A stretch of DNA of 63,005 nucleotides, the filler included, from Choristocarpus tenellus KU-1152 (lineage: Eukaryota; Protista; Phaeophyceae), in the NCBI GenBank assembly GCA_964200185.2. It is 11 parts of 11 records of this genome, joined end to end, with 100 filler letters (N's around TTAATTAATTAA, not from the genome) between each part and the next. Parts side by side here need not be neighbours in the genome. Positions count along the whole stretch, not along the records: positions 31,416 to 39,341 come from CAXNAD020005386.1; positions 39,442 to 46,286 come from CAXNAD020007234.1; positions 46,387 to 49,017 come from CAXNAD020026125.1; positions 49,118 to 58,187 come from CAXNAD020004022.1; 7 more parts are not named here. One strand, written 5' to 3'. Positions 39,301 through 52,129 of this stretch are shown in pieces; the first letter of the stretch is position 1, and every line of letters starts with the position of its first letter. Below the pieces are notes generated by a model. It had not been told where the DNA came from. It saw only the letters and a list, made by a program, of their open reading frames with translations, and searched no databases. The translations under genes were made by a program, and so were the position numbers.

Positions 39301-39341
39301 GCGGGAAAAGATTGGGGCGGTGGAGGGGGGGGGGAAGCAAT
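33351..39341 (+). CDS. Large WD40 beta-propeller protein, DmX-like/rabconnectin-3a/RAV1-like, 5' exons
   Basis: Exon candidates are 33351-33585, ~33838-34007, 34753-35387 (LAASPCGCMFATAVEGSVEVNIW; LSHGSAVGQLVW...NYLLTLDAEG), ~38322-38465 (WLVGCQEDG) and 38898-39341 (LLLWSL). The WD40 call is firm, the DMXL/RAV1 assignment is by recalled motif similarity, and some exons are probably missed. Confidence 0.6.
37191..37371 (+). mobile_element. MITE family C, full length (181 bp), intronic
   Basis: TIRs GGGTTAAAGTATCT / AGATACTTTGACCC, flanked by TGT/TGT. Other copies are at 136-317 and 46246-46286. Confidence 0.9.
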
Positions 39342-39935
39342 NNNNNNNNNNNNNNNNNNNNNNNNNNNNNNNNNNNNNNNNNNNNTTAATTAATTAANNN
39401 NNNNNNNNNNNNNNNNNNNNNNNNNNNNNNNNNNNNNNNNNTGGTTGCTCAATCCAGAATGATGTGTTGTAAATTCAGTGTTCTTTCATGTGATGCTCAA
39501 CGAAAGAAGTCCACGCTCTGTGGAGAGTCTTGTTACCTTGGCTGGCAAGGGTTTACGTGGATGGTTTTAACTCTGATTGTATTACATCCATGTGTGTTTT
39601 TGATACACAAGTTGCATCAAGCTCAATCTGTAGTCACGGAAGAAATAATAATCAACCATAAATGTACAACTGTCATCTTCTGCTGACAAGAAGAAGAAAG
39701 ATTGAAAGAAAAACAAACAACAGAACAAAATTAAAACAATATGTGGTTTCCCCCCTGACACATCTGCAAAATGTCAGAGGGCATAATAATATAATATGTG
39801 ATGCAACTAAAGTGACATATACTATACTATACTATTTGTGTGGAACGCAGAGCAACTGTTCTGTACTAAGNNNNNNNNNNAGTCAGTGTTGACTGGTGGA
39901 ACTGTATCGTATCAAGGAACAAACAGATGAGTAGC

Positions 39936-41082
39936 CTATGTTTTAATAGTGCTTCCCTTGCAACCAAGGCATCTTGGTCTTGATTGCAGGCAGCAATTCC
40001 TCCGCGTACCACTTCCTGTGCCACAAATGGTCTGAAGTACATTCCTGCTCATACACATCCCCCTTCTTATGGTTCTTGCTTGTCTTGTCTGCCGTTTTGG
40101 GCGCACACACACGCCAAACATCAAGCTTTCCATCAAAGCTGTGAGTCGAATCTGGGCGAGCGTTGGCTGCAATGTTCATGGTTTTGGGGATATGACTATT
40201 GTGCTGCACAGTAGGGAACCCTGGAAGGTCGCTATCATCCTCATGCCGAAATACCCTAAACCTTTCCCCATCAGCCATCACGTAAAACCAGGTTTCACCA
40301 ACACATGGATCGTGTTCGCCATGGAGGCGTACACACCACGTTTCCGGTCGACTTGATCGTAAACAAAGTCCATTCTCCATACCTTTTGCCACGATTTAAG
40401 CCTGGGTTTGATCCAGCGCTGATTTGGCGTGGCCCCCATATGATCCAACCACCTCTTTACGATGCTTGTGCTATATCTCAGCTAATTGGCGGCCATCTTC
40501 ATTGTCACCTGATGCTCTGTGAATGACCGATTATCGTAGTTGATACTTAATGTATTGCATTGCGGCCGTCTTGGTTGGTGTGAGCTCCGAAGGCCGCCCA
40601 CTACGTGCCGCAACTCCCCAAGGTCAAGGATATGGCCACGGGCGAGCTGATCGGCGACGTCCTCCCAGAGCCCTCGCATGTAACGCTCGGACACTCCAAA
40701 CTCCGTTGCGAGGGCCGGTCCAACGTGTCGCGGCAGTTTATGCTCACCAGGGACCATCACGAGGGCGCGCTGCACTGCAAGCGCAACCCTGGTATTCGGG
40801 CACACTTGGGCACCCTTCCTACGCGGGGGGGTCAACGGGGGGGTTGCCATGCCACCGTTCTGACCATCGACGTGCCCAATTCTGGTCTCAAAATCACCCC
40901 AAAAGACCCCTACTTTGACGGCTTGAAGCACCTCGAGTTTGTACCTGATGATCCTCGACACCTGTTCTGAAAGCTGAGATTGTCAACCCAATTTCATTGT
41001 GTGGGTTTATCGTCCGATTCGGCGCCGTTCTCGCTTGATGAGCCCAGATGTTTCGCGGCTCAAACTTATGACACAGAGATAG
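39936..41082 (-). mobile_element. Tc1/mariner element of the plant-type (DD39D-like) group, 3'-truncated, frameshifted
   Basis: HTH region LATEFGVSERYMRGLW, then (D)ETWFY, QHNSHIPKTM..AANARP, FDGKLDVW, SKNHKKG and LLPAIKTKMP. The 5' end is TA + CTATCTCTGT (TA at 41083-41084), resembling Stowaway/mariner CTCCCTCCGT ends. Confidence 0.85.
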
Positions 41083-41698
41083 TACGAAGAAAAAGAGGCG
41101 AAAGGAGAAAAAGAGCAAGAAAAAAATTGAGTGTAACTACAGAGGGGAAGCTGAGAGAAACACTGGAAGGCACAAATTCCCAATGTGTGGAAGGGGACAA
41201 AATTAGCACATATCTCTGGGTCTTACGGGAAGGAGGGAGAAATAGTAGTGGTAGTGGTAGTTGTAGTTGTAGTGGCTGTGGTGGTGATAATAGTTGTAGT
41301 AGAAGTAATAGAACAAATTAAGGGTCACACCGGTTCAGTGTGGTCGAGAAAAAACAACCACACATCACATGTTGCGCGAAGGAAAGAGAAACACAACAAA
41401 CAATTAAAAAAATCAAATTAAAGAGACACATTGCGAAAGTCAGTGCTCAACAGTCAGTGATGAATGTGCATGTGCCCTGGTCTGCTCGGGCTTTGCCCTT
41501 GTTGCGGCTTTTGTACGACATACATCAGCTATATTACACCTACACCTATGAAGCTTCTTGTTTGGACTGCATCTACCACAAACTCTTACCACCAGTATTG
41601 GTTTGTTACCCTCCGTTTTCGCACAGATATCTCAATACTCTTGCACCTATTTTTCACATGGAGGGCATCTTTCTTCATAGGACAATGTGTGATCGGTG

Positions 41699-41737
41699 TG
41701 TTCGCATTTGTGATATCTGTTCGCATTTGTGATATCC
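41699..41737 (+). repeat. 19-bp tandem duplication
   Basis: TGTTCGCATTTGTGATATC occurs twice in tandem. Confidence 0.85.
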
Positions 41738-43587
41738 TATGCCGCAGTGTAGGAAGAGGAACTTGACGTGGTGAGAACGAAGCTTCATGCAGTGGATGAG
41801 GAGGAGTGTGTGTATGTCACATGACCATATATCAGATTCTCAAGCAAATCAGTGTTCGAATAATAAATTCACCAAGAGATGCAGTTGTAATTCTGTCACA
41901 AAATCATTTGGCTGTACTAATACTTGCGGGAACAACATCAGGAGTTTTGGACCTTTTGACTGATTATCTCGGCAATGATAACAACTTGATCAGTGATGGT
42001 GCATCCAAGGAAAATTAATTTGTTTGTCAGCTTGCTTCTAGTGCTGGCCCAAACGATAGATCTCCACAATGTTGGCAGCCATATTAGAGGTCCAAAGGCA
42101 CACGGTATCTGTATTCAAAACATGGTGAGCCCAAATGACCTCATCACCTTCACAATCGTTAGTATCATCCAGACCAAACCTCACTGGATCTTAGACACAG
42201 TGCCTGCATCATCAGCCTAGAGCATACCCCGTAGGCGCCGCTCACGTGTTCCCCCACTCCCTGTTGCTCCTCCTCCTCTGTCCTGGTCACGTATGTAACA
42301 AATGTAACGATGGCTGCAACATCTCTATGGATTCGACAGGACAATATCTTTATCTGATTAGATAGTTACTATACACAATTTCAGCCTATTTATAGGATTA
42401 CAAAATACACAGTAAACCTGTGATCCAGAACAATCATCTCAAAATACATCCACACAAAGGTGCGTTTACTAGTCACTTTAGAACTCACCATCGGTATGTT
42501 CGACTCAAAACCACAATAATGCCGACCTTTCAATTTCATTCTATCTCACCCTCTCACTTCATACTTTCTGATTCCAGAAGAACAGTAAATGGTTACATCA
42601 ATCTATTTTCTAGGATCTGATTCAGGAAAGATACCTCGATTGAGGCAATAACGTCTGTTAGTAGAATATATAGCTTTGAATCAATTTCTTATTTTTGTCA
42701 ACGCATGGAGAGAACCCGTATGTTTGAGGTCTACACATTGCTAGTTGCAATTTTCCTTTTCGAATATACGAGAAAATGTCCACAAAGAAGTAATCATTGT
42801 ACTGAAGGGTCCCGTTCGACGTTGTGAATTCCAAAGAGGCTTAGATTAGAAGACAAAGAAACTCACCATCGTTGTACTAAAAAGAGGCACAAGAGCTTAA
42901 AGAGAAGAATTACCAAAAAATGGCAAGAAAATGACATCTACAAAATAAAGCAAACGTGCGTGTCCTACTACTTATCTTCGAATTAAACATTTTGACACGT
43001 CTAGTTCATACAGAAACGCCAGAGGGTCGTCTCGCAAACGAAAATAGTGAATCGAACTCCCTGACGCGTAACAGGATGACCTGGAGAGGATGAACAGTAA
43101 AACAAGCAACTAGATTGACTGGCTGAGCCAGGAGCATGGTAGCACCCGTGATGTCTTCTTTTTACGTGTTTTCTTCCTTTTACTATTGTCCCCTCTTGCC
43201 TTCTGCTACTTGCAGAGTGAGTCAGTGTCTGTGACGCCAGGAGACGATCGTTGCATGCAACTACACGTAAGGTCATGTGATAATCCTTCCTCACCATGCC
43301 GAGCTCTAATTGAGCTTCCCAAGCTTCTCGGTACTCAGAAGGGTTCCCCTGGCAACATATCGTGAACCACCTACTCCAAGATAGAAGTCTAGCCCATAAC
43401 TGCATCAAGTGATTATACTGTACCCTACACATTCCTGCCAACCCTATGCTAAACACACAGTGCAATGCTTGCATGACAAAGTTAGTTGGACACGAACCTG
43501 TAGAGGTCAATTGCTACCATTCTTTCGACACATTATGGCAGGTGAATTCACACATTTCTGCATTGCTTTCCCGTTCCTTGTTGCCGT

Positions 43588-45449
43588 TCAAGCAAAGAGA
43601 TCTTCCGCCTCCTGGATGGCCTGGGCGCGGGTTTCTTCTTTCAAGCCAGCAATCGTGTTGGCGCGGGGCTTGTACCTCCTACAGTTGAACTCTCTGGTGA
43701 TTCCATTCTTGTTACGCTTCACCATCACTACGCGTCTTGAATCAGACCATGCCGTGAGCTTGATTCTGTTGTCGAATAACCTAGTGTTATCCTTACGTTG
43801 GTTGTGCTGACACAAGTATACAGTTATACATACGTTTATATTTGGTTAGGTACGATACAGAGTACGTATATAAAATATAATAAGTCAACATTAATCCACA
43901 CGTCAGTGATGATGGATGGTTGACGGGCAACTAATAATTCAGTGTGTGCTTTACCATGTAATTCAACTGCTAGCTTCCGGCGACGAGCCTCATGTGTGCA
44001 AGCTTCTCAACACCTGTAGACCTTAAAGTAGGGGTTGTCGATGTCAGGATACCTCAGCACCCCGATCTCAATCTTGGTATGTTCATGGTACTCGTGCTTG
44101 GCAAATATGGCTTCGAACGAATCTATCGAGGTCCCAGAGCTGGCAACGATCTTGGCCAAGACCTTGATATCGATTCCAGTTGCCGAGAGGATATCATCAT
44201 CTGCACGGTCAGTGGTCGGGTGTCGGGGCCTACGAATGTCAATGATCACCACTGCATTTACGTATTTGTGCTGCGAACTAGTATCACCAAGTGTTTGCAA
44301 TAATTCAGGCCCGCACGGATGATTTCCCCAACTTCTCCTACGTGTAACGAGACTCCAAAATGCACAGATCACGCTATGAACCTCTATACAATCATGTGGC
44401 AGCTGCAGTGAGATCAGTCAAGGGCTCCAAACAAGTAGATACAACTCTGACTTGAGGAGCATATCGAGGGAGGGGTCCCTAAATGCCTATGATATCATGC
44501 CTCGAACGGAGTTGAGGGTTACGGAGGTAGGACATAGAATAAAGGTGCACACCTCAAGTATAGAGGACAAGCTGGGGCTATGGCGAAATTGGGGGAACAG
44601 ACTGGCAGAGTATATATAGTGTAAAGCATTATCTTGACGTCATGTTATCGCTACCAATTGGATAATACTGTTAAGGATATATTGGGTAATCTAGTCTCGA
44701 ATACTATCCACGGCATGGGAACTAACATGGAGAAAAGAGAGTAGGTGTATATCGAAACATAAGCTACTCTCATAGGCGAACAATATGATCGTACTCGTAC
44801 TTCTCAACAAAGGATATCATAGGCGAGACAACGGTGGACGAAAGAAGGCCATCCTACAATAGTCAGGGCAAGTATCCCTCCTCATATAGAAAAAAAAACT
44901 CAGAATCAGCATGATCGATAGATACGGTCTTTCCCCCCCCTGTGTCCGTGCACCTATCGGCAGTAGATTATCTCTTCGTTCCGTGCAATACAGTGGTATT
45001 AGAAGCGCACCTTTAATGAAGTTCACGAACCATGACTGAACTTCCTTCACGATGGTGCTGTCTGGGCTTCCGTCGAATTTGAAGACTTTGATGCCACGAT
45101 CTTTGATAAGCTTGTCTGATCTGCTGATCTCACTTTTAGCCATGGGCTCCAACAGGGAGTTTTGGATTAGGGCACCAACAACGTTCTGCCAAGATTTGTC
45201 TTCCAACTTAGCGATGAGGTGGGTAGTGCCAGCAATGATGACCTTCAATTCGTCGTCCATGGTCTTCACGCTCTGGCTATTGAGCTGGCCGAACGATGGC
45301 GCGAGGGAGAATATGAGACCTTCATTTTTCTGCTTGCTAAAACTGCTCATCTTGCTGAAGTCGAAGTGCTGAACCACATCCTTGACATCTTTCATGTTGG
45401 TTGGTAGACCAAAGGCAAGAGCGATTGATGTGGCGGCGGCGGCTGCCAT
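43588..45449 (-). CDS. Complete 3-exon gene, 267-aa conserved hypothetical protein
   Basis: Exons 45449-45011 (439 nt), 44200-44014 (187 nt) and 43765-43588 (178 nt) total 804 nt. Introns are GT-AG with matching phases, and the frame runs ATG to TGA with no internal stops. Motifs include FKFDGSPD and IGVLRYPDIDNPYFKVYRIKLTAWSDSRR. Confidence 0.9.
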
Positions 45450-46245
45450 CTTCACTTCAGGGGATGATATTCGACGTATGCGCTCCGGCCCCACCTTTGT
45501 GTATTTGGTTAGTCATTATCCTGGCTGGGGTGAGGTACGTCTGATTGTGGACATAGGCTGTGTTTAGAATACGCTTTTTTATTCATGTGTAAAAATGCAA
45601 TGTTTTTTGTCAGGTGACTACGAAAATATTGTCTGAGTTATTGTAGTACAACAAGAAGAATACTAGAATAGGAATATTATAGCAAGGAACATAGCAAGTT
45701 ACATGGAATGAGTGACGTGTTATTAGAATATGAATCGTAAGGTGATGACCCTTTGAGCTTTGAAGTTCACTCTCCTTCCTTACACTTTCCTTACTTCATG
45801 TACAACCTGCTTTGGACAATAAGGGATTAATCGATTCATTTACACACACAAGTCTTGGGAACACCAATTTCTTTAACAGGTTGAGGTATGGCTGATTGTG
45901 GCACTAAAAAGAGGTGAAAAGCCCTGGAAGGGTTCGGGAACTTTGCAATATATCAGATACTAGAGAAAAGATGAAAGACCAAAGGTGATAATGGATGGCA
46001 GATTTCTCAAAACCACCAAAATATACCACGAGGAAGACATACTTTTTTGCATTGAACTCGCACGCACCTCTCTCGACCCACTGCACAGAGAGAAATAAGT
46101 GATAGATGATTACAGTGATAATGTAATAGAAGAAGAGATGTGACAGTAAGAGAAAACCACTACGCAAGAATATAAAAAAAAGGAAATTTGGAAAGAGTAA
46201 AGGGGAAGTTCGTGACGTAATATATATGTATGGCAAGCTGACTTT

Positions 46246-46286
46246 GGGTCAAAGTATCTGGGGGGGCGGGGGTGGTTTGTGAGGGG
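46246..46286 (+). mobile_element. MITE family C 5' fragment at contig end
   Basis: GGGTCAAAGTATCTGGGGGGGCGGGGGTGGTTTGTGAGGGG matches the start of 37191. Confidence 0.85.
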
Positions 46287-46386
46287 NNNNNNNNNNNNNN
46301 NNNNNNNNNNNNNNNNNNNNNNNNNNNNNNTTAATTAATTAANNNNNNNNNNNNNNNNNNNNNNNNNNNNNNNNNNNNNNNNNNNN

Positions 46387-46410
46387 CCCCCCCCCCAGAT
46401 ACTTTGAGCC
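46387..46410. mobile_element. B/C-type MITE terminus at contig start
   Basis: Poly-C followed by AGATACTTTGAGCC. Confidence 0.75.
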
Positions 46411-47954
46411 AAATTCTCCAGCAACATGGGTATGGATTCCACTCTAAGTGAGAGTCAGGAAAAAGATCACCAACTGTAATAGGAAGGTGGGAGAAGATGG
46501 TGAGATGTTCCAGACACTATTAACCTTACCTGGTGATCGTGTAGTCAACGACAAGAATAATGCCTTTTCCTCATATGGAGCTGGCGAGATATGGTCCGTG
46601 TGAGGGTCAGGTGCAGATGCAGGAGGAGATGGTGATATGTCCCCTTTGCCACATACTACGGAGTTCATGGCAGTCCCAACGGCATAAAACGTAACAGTAA
46701 GAAGGGGAGCGGTGACTCCCTTTCTGAAAGAGTGGGAAGAAACATCCACTAATGAGGAGGATAAGAATGAGAGGATCGTAGTGACGATGATAGCGAGGAG
46801 GGAGATGAACGACCACCTACTGTATTATGAAAGGGGGAGAGGTAAAGAAGAAGGATGCCACTACCACATCATCCGAAGGAGAAGCAGGTGCTGTTCGTGA
46901 TGATGGGAGTGAGGGTGATGATGTGGAGGACGATGGTAATAGGAGGATGATCTTTATCCTGGATATAACCATGCATTTGGCCAGAAACATAACGATGACA
47001 GGGGAGGTGGCGATGGTCATGGTGATCATGATTTCAATGAGGAAGAAGAGAATGAGTAGCCTAAAGAGTGCCAGGGCAGGCAGTAAGGTTGTTGGACAAG
47101 GAAGTGATAATGATGACGATGTTGAAGGATGAGCTCAATAATATAAAGATTGATGTTGATGGCAGACCTCTCCTCAAAGAAAGTCCTCTCTCTATCTTTG
47201 CTGCTTTTGTTGTGTCAAACATAACCTTTGATCTGTATTGGGATGGAAACAGCAGGTAGGGGAAAGTGGATTGATTATGCTGGTGCATAATACATAGTAT
47301 AAGGAAATCTGTCTCTTGTTTAATTTTCGTATTCATCTTAGCAAGGATGACTCAAGAGTTGTTAGTACATATAGTAGCACTTCACTTTCGTGTTTCCATA
47401 CATGAACGCATGCATAATGCTTTCAGCATTTTTGTGGTTCAGTTTCCCTACCATTGATGGTGGTCCTGACTACGATCACACATTGGTCTGTAGTTGTCCA
47501 TATATATAATATGAAATACCGAATTATTCGCTTCTTCTCCCTGAGCAATGGAGTGAAGTAGGGGATATTGCTTTGGGGGATGGCAACTGACAATAAATTT
47601 TCTGTATGGATTTCTACACTATCAACGTCATCCTGGTCTCTTTTTTGTTGCTATCGTACTTTCTATAGCAATGAAGTTAGGTAAATTGCTTATTGTTCGT
47701 CGTCATGTATCTTCTTTTTCTCACCTTATTCTGTTACAGCATGCTCCAGAAGCTTGCCTCCACGGGATGTATAGCTCCAATCCACAAGCCTATAGAAAAT
47801 GCCGATGCATGTATTGGACTCCTGATGCACAAGTCAAGTATGCTGGATCTCTCACTTGGATTATTCCCTCCAGAAGTATCGTCAAAATCTTCATAAGAAA
47901 GGAAGTGGCAAGGATGTACCACCTGATAATAACTAAAAATTAACTAAATAGTGA

Positions 47955-48036
47955 AGAAGTACAAATACATCAAATCTAGGACTTCAAGGTCATAACAGTG
48001 TTTATGAAACCGCCATAAAGACATATCGCCTGTAAC
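47955..48036 (-). mobile_element. LTR 5' end fragment (same family as 58016-58100)
   Basis: The reverse complement begins TGTTACAGGCGATATGTC and aligns over about 80 bp with 58016-58098. Confidence 0.65.
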
Positions 48037-48159
48037 AATTTCCTCCCCGTCCCCCTTTCTCCCCTCTCACCTCTTTACCCTAGGTTTATTCTTCCGTTTC
48101 TCGGAGTCATGCAACCTCTTTGGCATCACAATACCAATACTACCTAAGCGACGACTAAA

Positions 48160-48418
48160 CGGTGAAAGTATCTTCGAGGGTACGAGTTTTGACCTGTTTG
48201 TCCATTTGGGGCTTGGTTTCCCATGGGTTCTCTTATGACATTTTCCTACTCCAAAATGTTTAGGAGTAGATAAAGTGCATATGTTATGAAAAAGAGTGTT
48301 AGGAACATGGATATTGACACTTCCTAACAAACGCAATAGCCAAAATTACATCAAAATCGCAACATTGGACTTTGGTCCCCAAATGGACGTGGCTCTACCC
48401 TCTAAGATACTTTGGCTC
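48160..48418 (+). mobile_element. MITE family A, full length
   Basis: Colinear with 6368-6625; TIRs ...GAAAGTATCTTCGAGGGTA / TACCCTCTAAGATACTTTGGCTC. Confidence 0.9.
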
Positions 48419-49162
48419 TTATTGAAAATAATAGCTCCACGTATGAGTTGTCCACCTGCCTCTGGACCCTTCTATTATCTCCTTCAATACCACTTGCTAT
48501 TGAACCGAGATTTCCGATCTGTACTGCTACCCATTTCTTGCCTGTAGATGCGTAAAAGAATCTAGCCATTCGTTATTGCTCACGGGTTTCCTTGCCCTCT
48601 CTATACCATGAGCCTTTCTTTCTTCCTCTGCTTACTATTAAATACTATATATTGTGTACCGCCAACCACATTGTTATTTATGTCCGTCCGCCACCATGTC
48701 TCAGTAAATAATGATCACTATGATACAACAGTAATGATTGCATCTGCCCTGGGGATGGAGAGCATCTTGGCTATGTCCCACCTACAGAATTAAATGCACG
48801 AGAGGACTACTGTCTTTCACGTTAGTTAAGAGGGGTAATGGTCACGGAATCTAAGAAAGTTCATTCGAAATGGATGGTATCGGATGCATGGTGAATATGA
48901 ACGAGTTGTTGCAGGTGGAAGTCCAAAAGACAGCACACGTAGTTTGACAACGACAACCAACACCCTCCACTACAAGACGGACAGGGTCAAGGCGAAATCG
49001 TGATCATAATATCCTCCNNNNNNNNNNNNNNNNNNNNNNNNNNNNNNNNNNNNNNNNNNNNTTAATTAATTAANNNNNNNNNNNNNNNNNNNNNNNNNNN
49101 NNNNNNNNNNNNNNNNNTGAGAGTTCCAGCAACTCTTCATTGACTGCACTCTCATGGGGGAG

Positions 49163-49235
49163 TGTGCAAAATAGGACACTAGTGAAGTGCTACCTTATTT
49201 TGTGTGTATGATATTATTGTGTTGAACTGAATATC
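49163..49235 (+). mobile_element. PPT + LTR start fragment (family of solo LTR 54172-54483)
   Basis: GGGGGAG is followed by TGTGCAAAATAGGACA...TACCTTATTTTGTG, matching 54172-54222. Confidence 0.6.
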
Positions 49236-49239
49236 GGTT

Positions 49240-52070
49240 CCACTAGTAACTAAGGAACATCTGAGGGTACTGTTGTTCGAGTATTCCTCAGTGGGTGTGA
49301 ACCCGTATCTGCACCATGTGACAACGTATGCTATCAATGGACTGCACGAGGCGACAACGGGACCTACTTTGGACATCGTGCTGACGTACGAATCTCCGAG
49401 TGAGGCGTTCACTGCACTGGTCAAGAACTATGTTCATTCTGGACAAATGGAGAGAAATCTCATTAAGCGGCAATTGATGAACATGGTGCTGGAACCTGGG
49501 TGGGATCCTGCTGACATCATCAACCGGCAGGAGGCTCTTATAATGGAGCTGAAGAGCTTGGGAGGTTCTGTGACAGAGGAAGATCGAGTGGGTTGGCTAC
49601 AAAATTCACTCGGCCAGGATTATCTGGACATATTGTCTCAGTTAGATGATGAGGAGTCGGTAGAAGAGCGGGATTAAACTGGAAAAAATAGTCCTTAAAA
49701 GAACTGACTGTACTCCATCCAAATAGGGACGGAATCGGCTGGGTTGAGATCTGGTGCACTGGTGGCAGGACGGCAATCCAGATGCACTGGTGGACAACCC
49801 AATTGTTGGGAATGTGGTGGACCTCACTTCCGATCCAAGTGCCCACAAATCAAGAAACAGAATGCGAGTGAAGGGGGCATTACTTGCTCTGTATGCGGGG
49901 AAATAGGACATCAAAGCTTCGCATGTCCGCAAAGAAAATCGAGATCGTCAAGGGGTCTGAAATCTTCAAACATCCACAAGAAAAATAATCGGATGGGGGG
50001 GAATGGTTCTAAGAACAAGGGAGGAGGACCAAAATTGGATGGATCTGGCAAAGGACAACCAAGATTGGAAGGTTTTCCAGTAACCAATCAAGCTTGCATG
50101 CGAGATGGTCACAGTTTCTGTCGACTCCACTAGAATCTCAACTTTTAGGTACAACGGGGAAGAAATCTCACCTTCACATTAGGGGAGGAGGAATTATTCT
50201 CCCAGGGGATGTGCAGAGTGAGTGTGAGGAATGGCTCCGAATCTACTAATTTCCCTACCACTGATGCAACGTCCGTTTCTGGCACACCAAGAATTAACTT
50301 GACCCGGAAAAATGTGTCGAGGGATGTGAATGAGTTGCACATGCTATTAAATGATGTTCATCAGGGGTTGGACAGGAAAGACGCTTTGGCGCAGAACATT
50401 TTGTTGACTGGAACATGGGGGCTATCTTGTCGAGGTTGCCCACTCGGCAAGGGTCATAGGCATCTGATTCCAAAGGAGACGGAGAATCGTGCTTCAAAGG
50501 GGGAAGAGGTTTGTGTGTACTCGACTGGAATGAATGCAACGTCAGAGGAGGAAGTTGGGATATCTGATGATCTCGTACAGGAGGGGGGGGCTAGAAGAGT
50601 CGATTTCGCACAGGATGAGACTGGCCGAGGCTAGAGATGTTGATCTCACTCAAGAGGGGAGTGGAGGTGATGTCGATTGTGAAGGATAGATGTTTGACAC
50701 TAATGCATCGGTGGATGATACCGTAGCGAAGTGGACGCTTCCCCCTGATGGGGTTAAAGTGAATGCCATAGTCCCAGGAGGGTTTGTTGGGGGGGAGGGA
50801 CACACTCCAAAGATAGCACGGGCAGTTATTGATCCAGGGGGGTCAACAAGTCCGAATGCAAAATTAGAGTCCCCATATATGGATTTTGGGGTAGGACGTT
50901 TGATGGCTGAGGATGTTGAACCAGGTCTGAGTCGGACTATGGATGAGTCTAGTCAAAATGCTTCTAAGAACGCTCTGCTAAGTCCTGTGGTAGCAGGAAA
51001 TGCAATAGGGTTGGTGATGGAGAAAAGGGAGTTAGATGAACGGTTGGACACTGACATTGGTGATATGGACCCAGTGTTACAGCAGGGGAGTGTGAGGAAC
51101 AAAGTGCTGCGACATGTGGATCCGAATAATGACCCTACATCCGAACCAGGCGAACTAATGGAGGAGTTACCTGGAATTGAGCGGGAATTGAAAATGCGAG
51201 AGGCAATGGAGTCAGAAGAGTGGTCTTTGTGGAATGGGGCTGTGGACGAGGAAATGGGCATACAAAACAGACATTCAAAGACTTCGTTTACTTACTCATT
51301 AAGTTGGCACTACATTTTTGACCAGGGCAAAGATGAAGAAGGGAGAGTATAGAGGTCAAAGGCAGGAGTAGGACGGTTGAAAGGAGAAAGAGAACGGAGC
51401 AGGAGGGACCTGTTCCAGACAACTATATATCTATGATCGGTGATATCTAAATGTGGGTATCAATCATGACAAGGTCTGATGTAGCATGAGCAGTATGGAG
51501 CCTAGCGATGCAGTATGTGAATCCCACAGTGACGGATTGGAATGGAGCTGAAAGATTAATTGCTTATTTGTTGAGGACAAGTAAGAGGGGTTAGGAACTA
51601 ACTCATTGGCTATACTGATGCAGACTACACCAATTATGTGATTTTGAGATTTTCTGTGTCTGGTGGCGTGGTAATGTTTGGGGGTGCATGTGTGAGCTGG
51701 TGGTCAAAAATGTAGAAAACTGCTGCTTTATCTTACCACTGAGGCTGAGTATATGTCATTGTGTGATTTGGCCAAGGAGGTTATGTTTTTGCAGCAAGTC
51801 CAATTTTTTTTGGAGCCAATTATGCACAAGTATTGTGTACGATTTTTTGAGGATAATAGTGGGGTGATCAAGTTGGCTGAGAAGACAGCTTCGGGGGGTA
51901 GGACAAAACATATAGATATTAGATATCATTATGTTAGAAACTTGGTGAAGGAGGGGAAGGCATGGATTGTATATGTAAACTCCGGTGAACAAAATGGAGA
52001 TTTGCTTATGAAGGCTTTGAGTGGCAATGTCTTTGAATTCCACACTAGATCTATCATGCACTGTGAGTAA
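49240..52070 (+). mobile_element. Ty1/copia retrotransposon internal region, copy 1 (degenerate, internally deleted)
   Basis: Gag with two CCHC knuckles (CWECGGPHFRSKC, CSVCGEIGHQSFAC), a GAG-pre-integrase H..H..C..C, the RT start (W..AVDEEM), the RT end (IMTRSD) and copia RNase H (EDNSGVIKLA...RTKHIDIRYHYVR). Confidence 0.9.
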
Positions 52071-52129
52071 GGGATAGTGTGCAAATTGAGTTCATTGGAT
52101 TCATCATGTATGGGCAGAGCAGGGGAGTG

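Noticed and set aside
39442-42300. Fanzor/TnpB nuclease associated with the mariner
   Set aside because: I saw no RuvC motifs (D.G, E, RD.N.A.N) or the associated Zn ribbon here or next to the other transposases.
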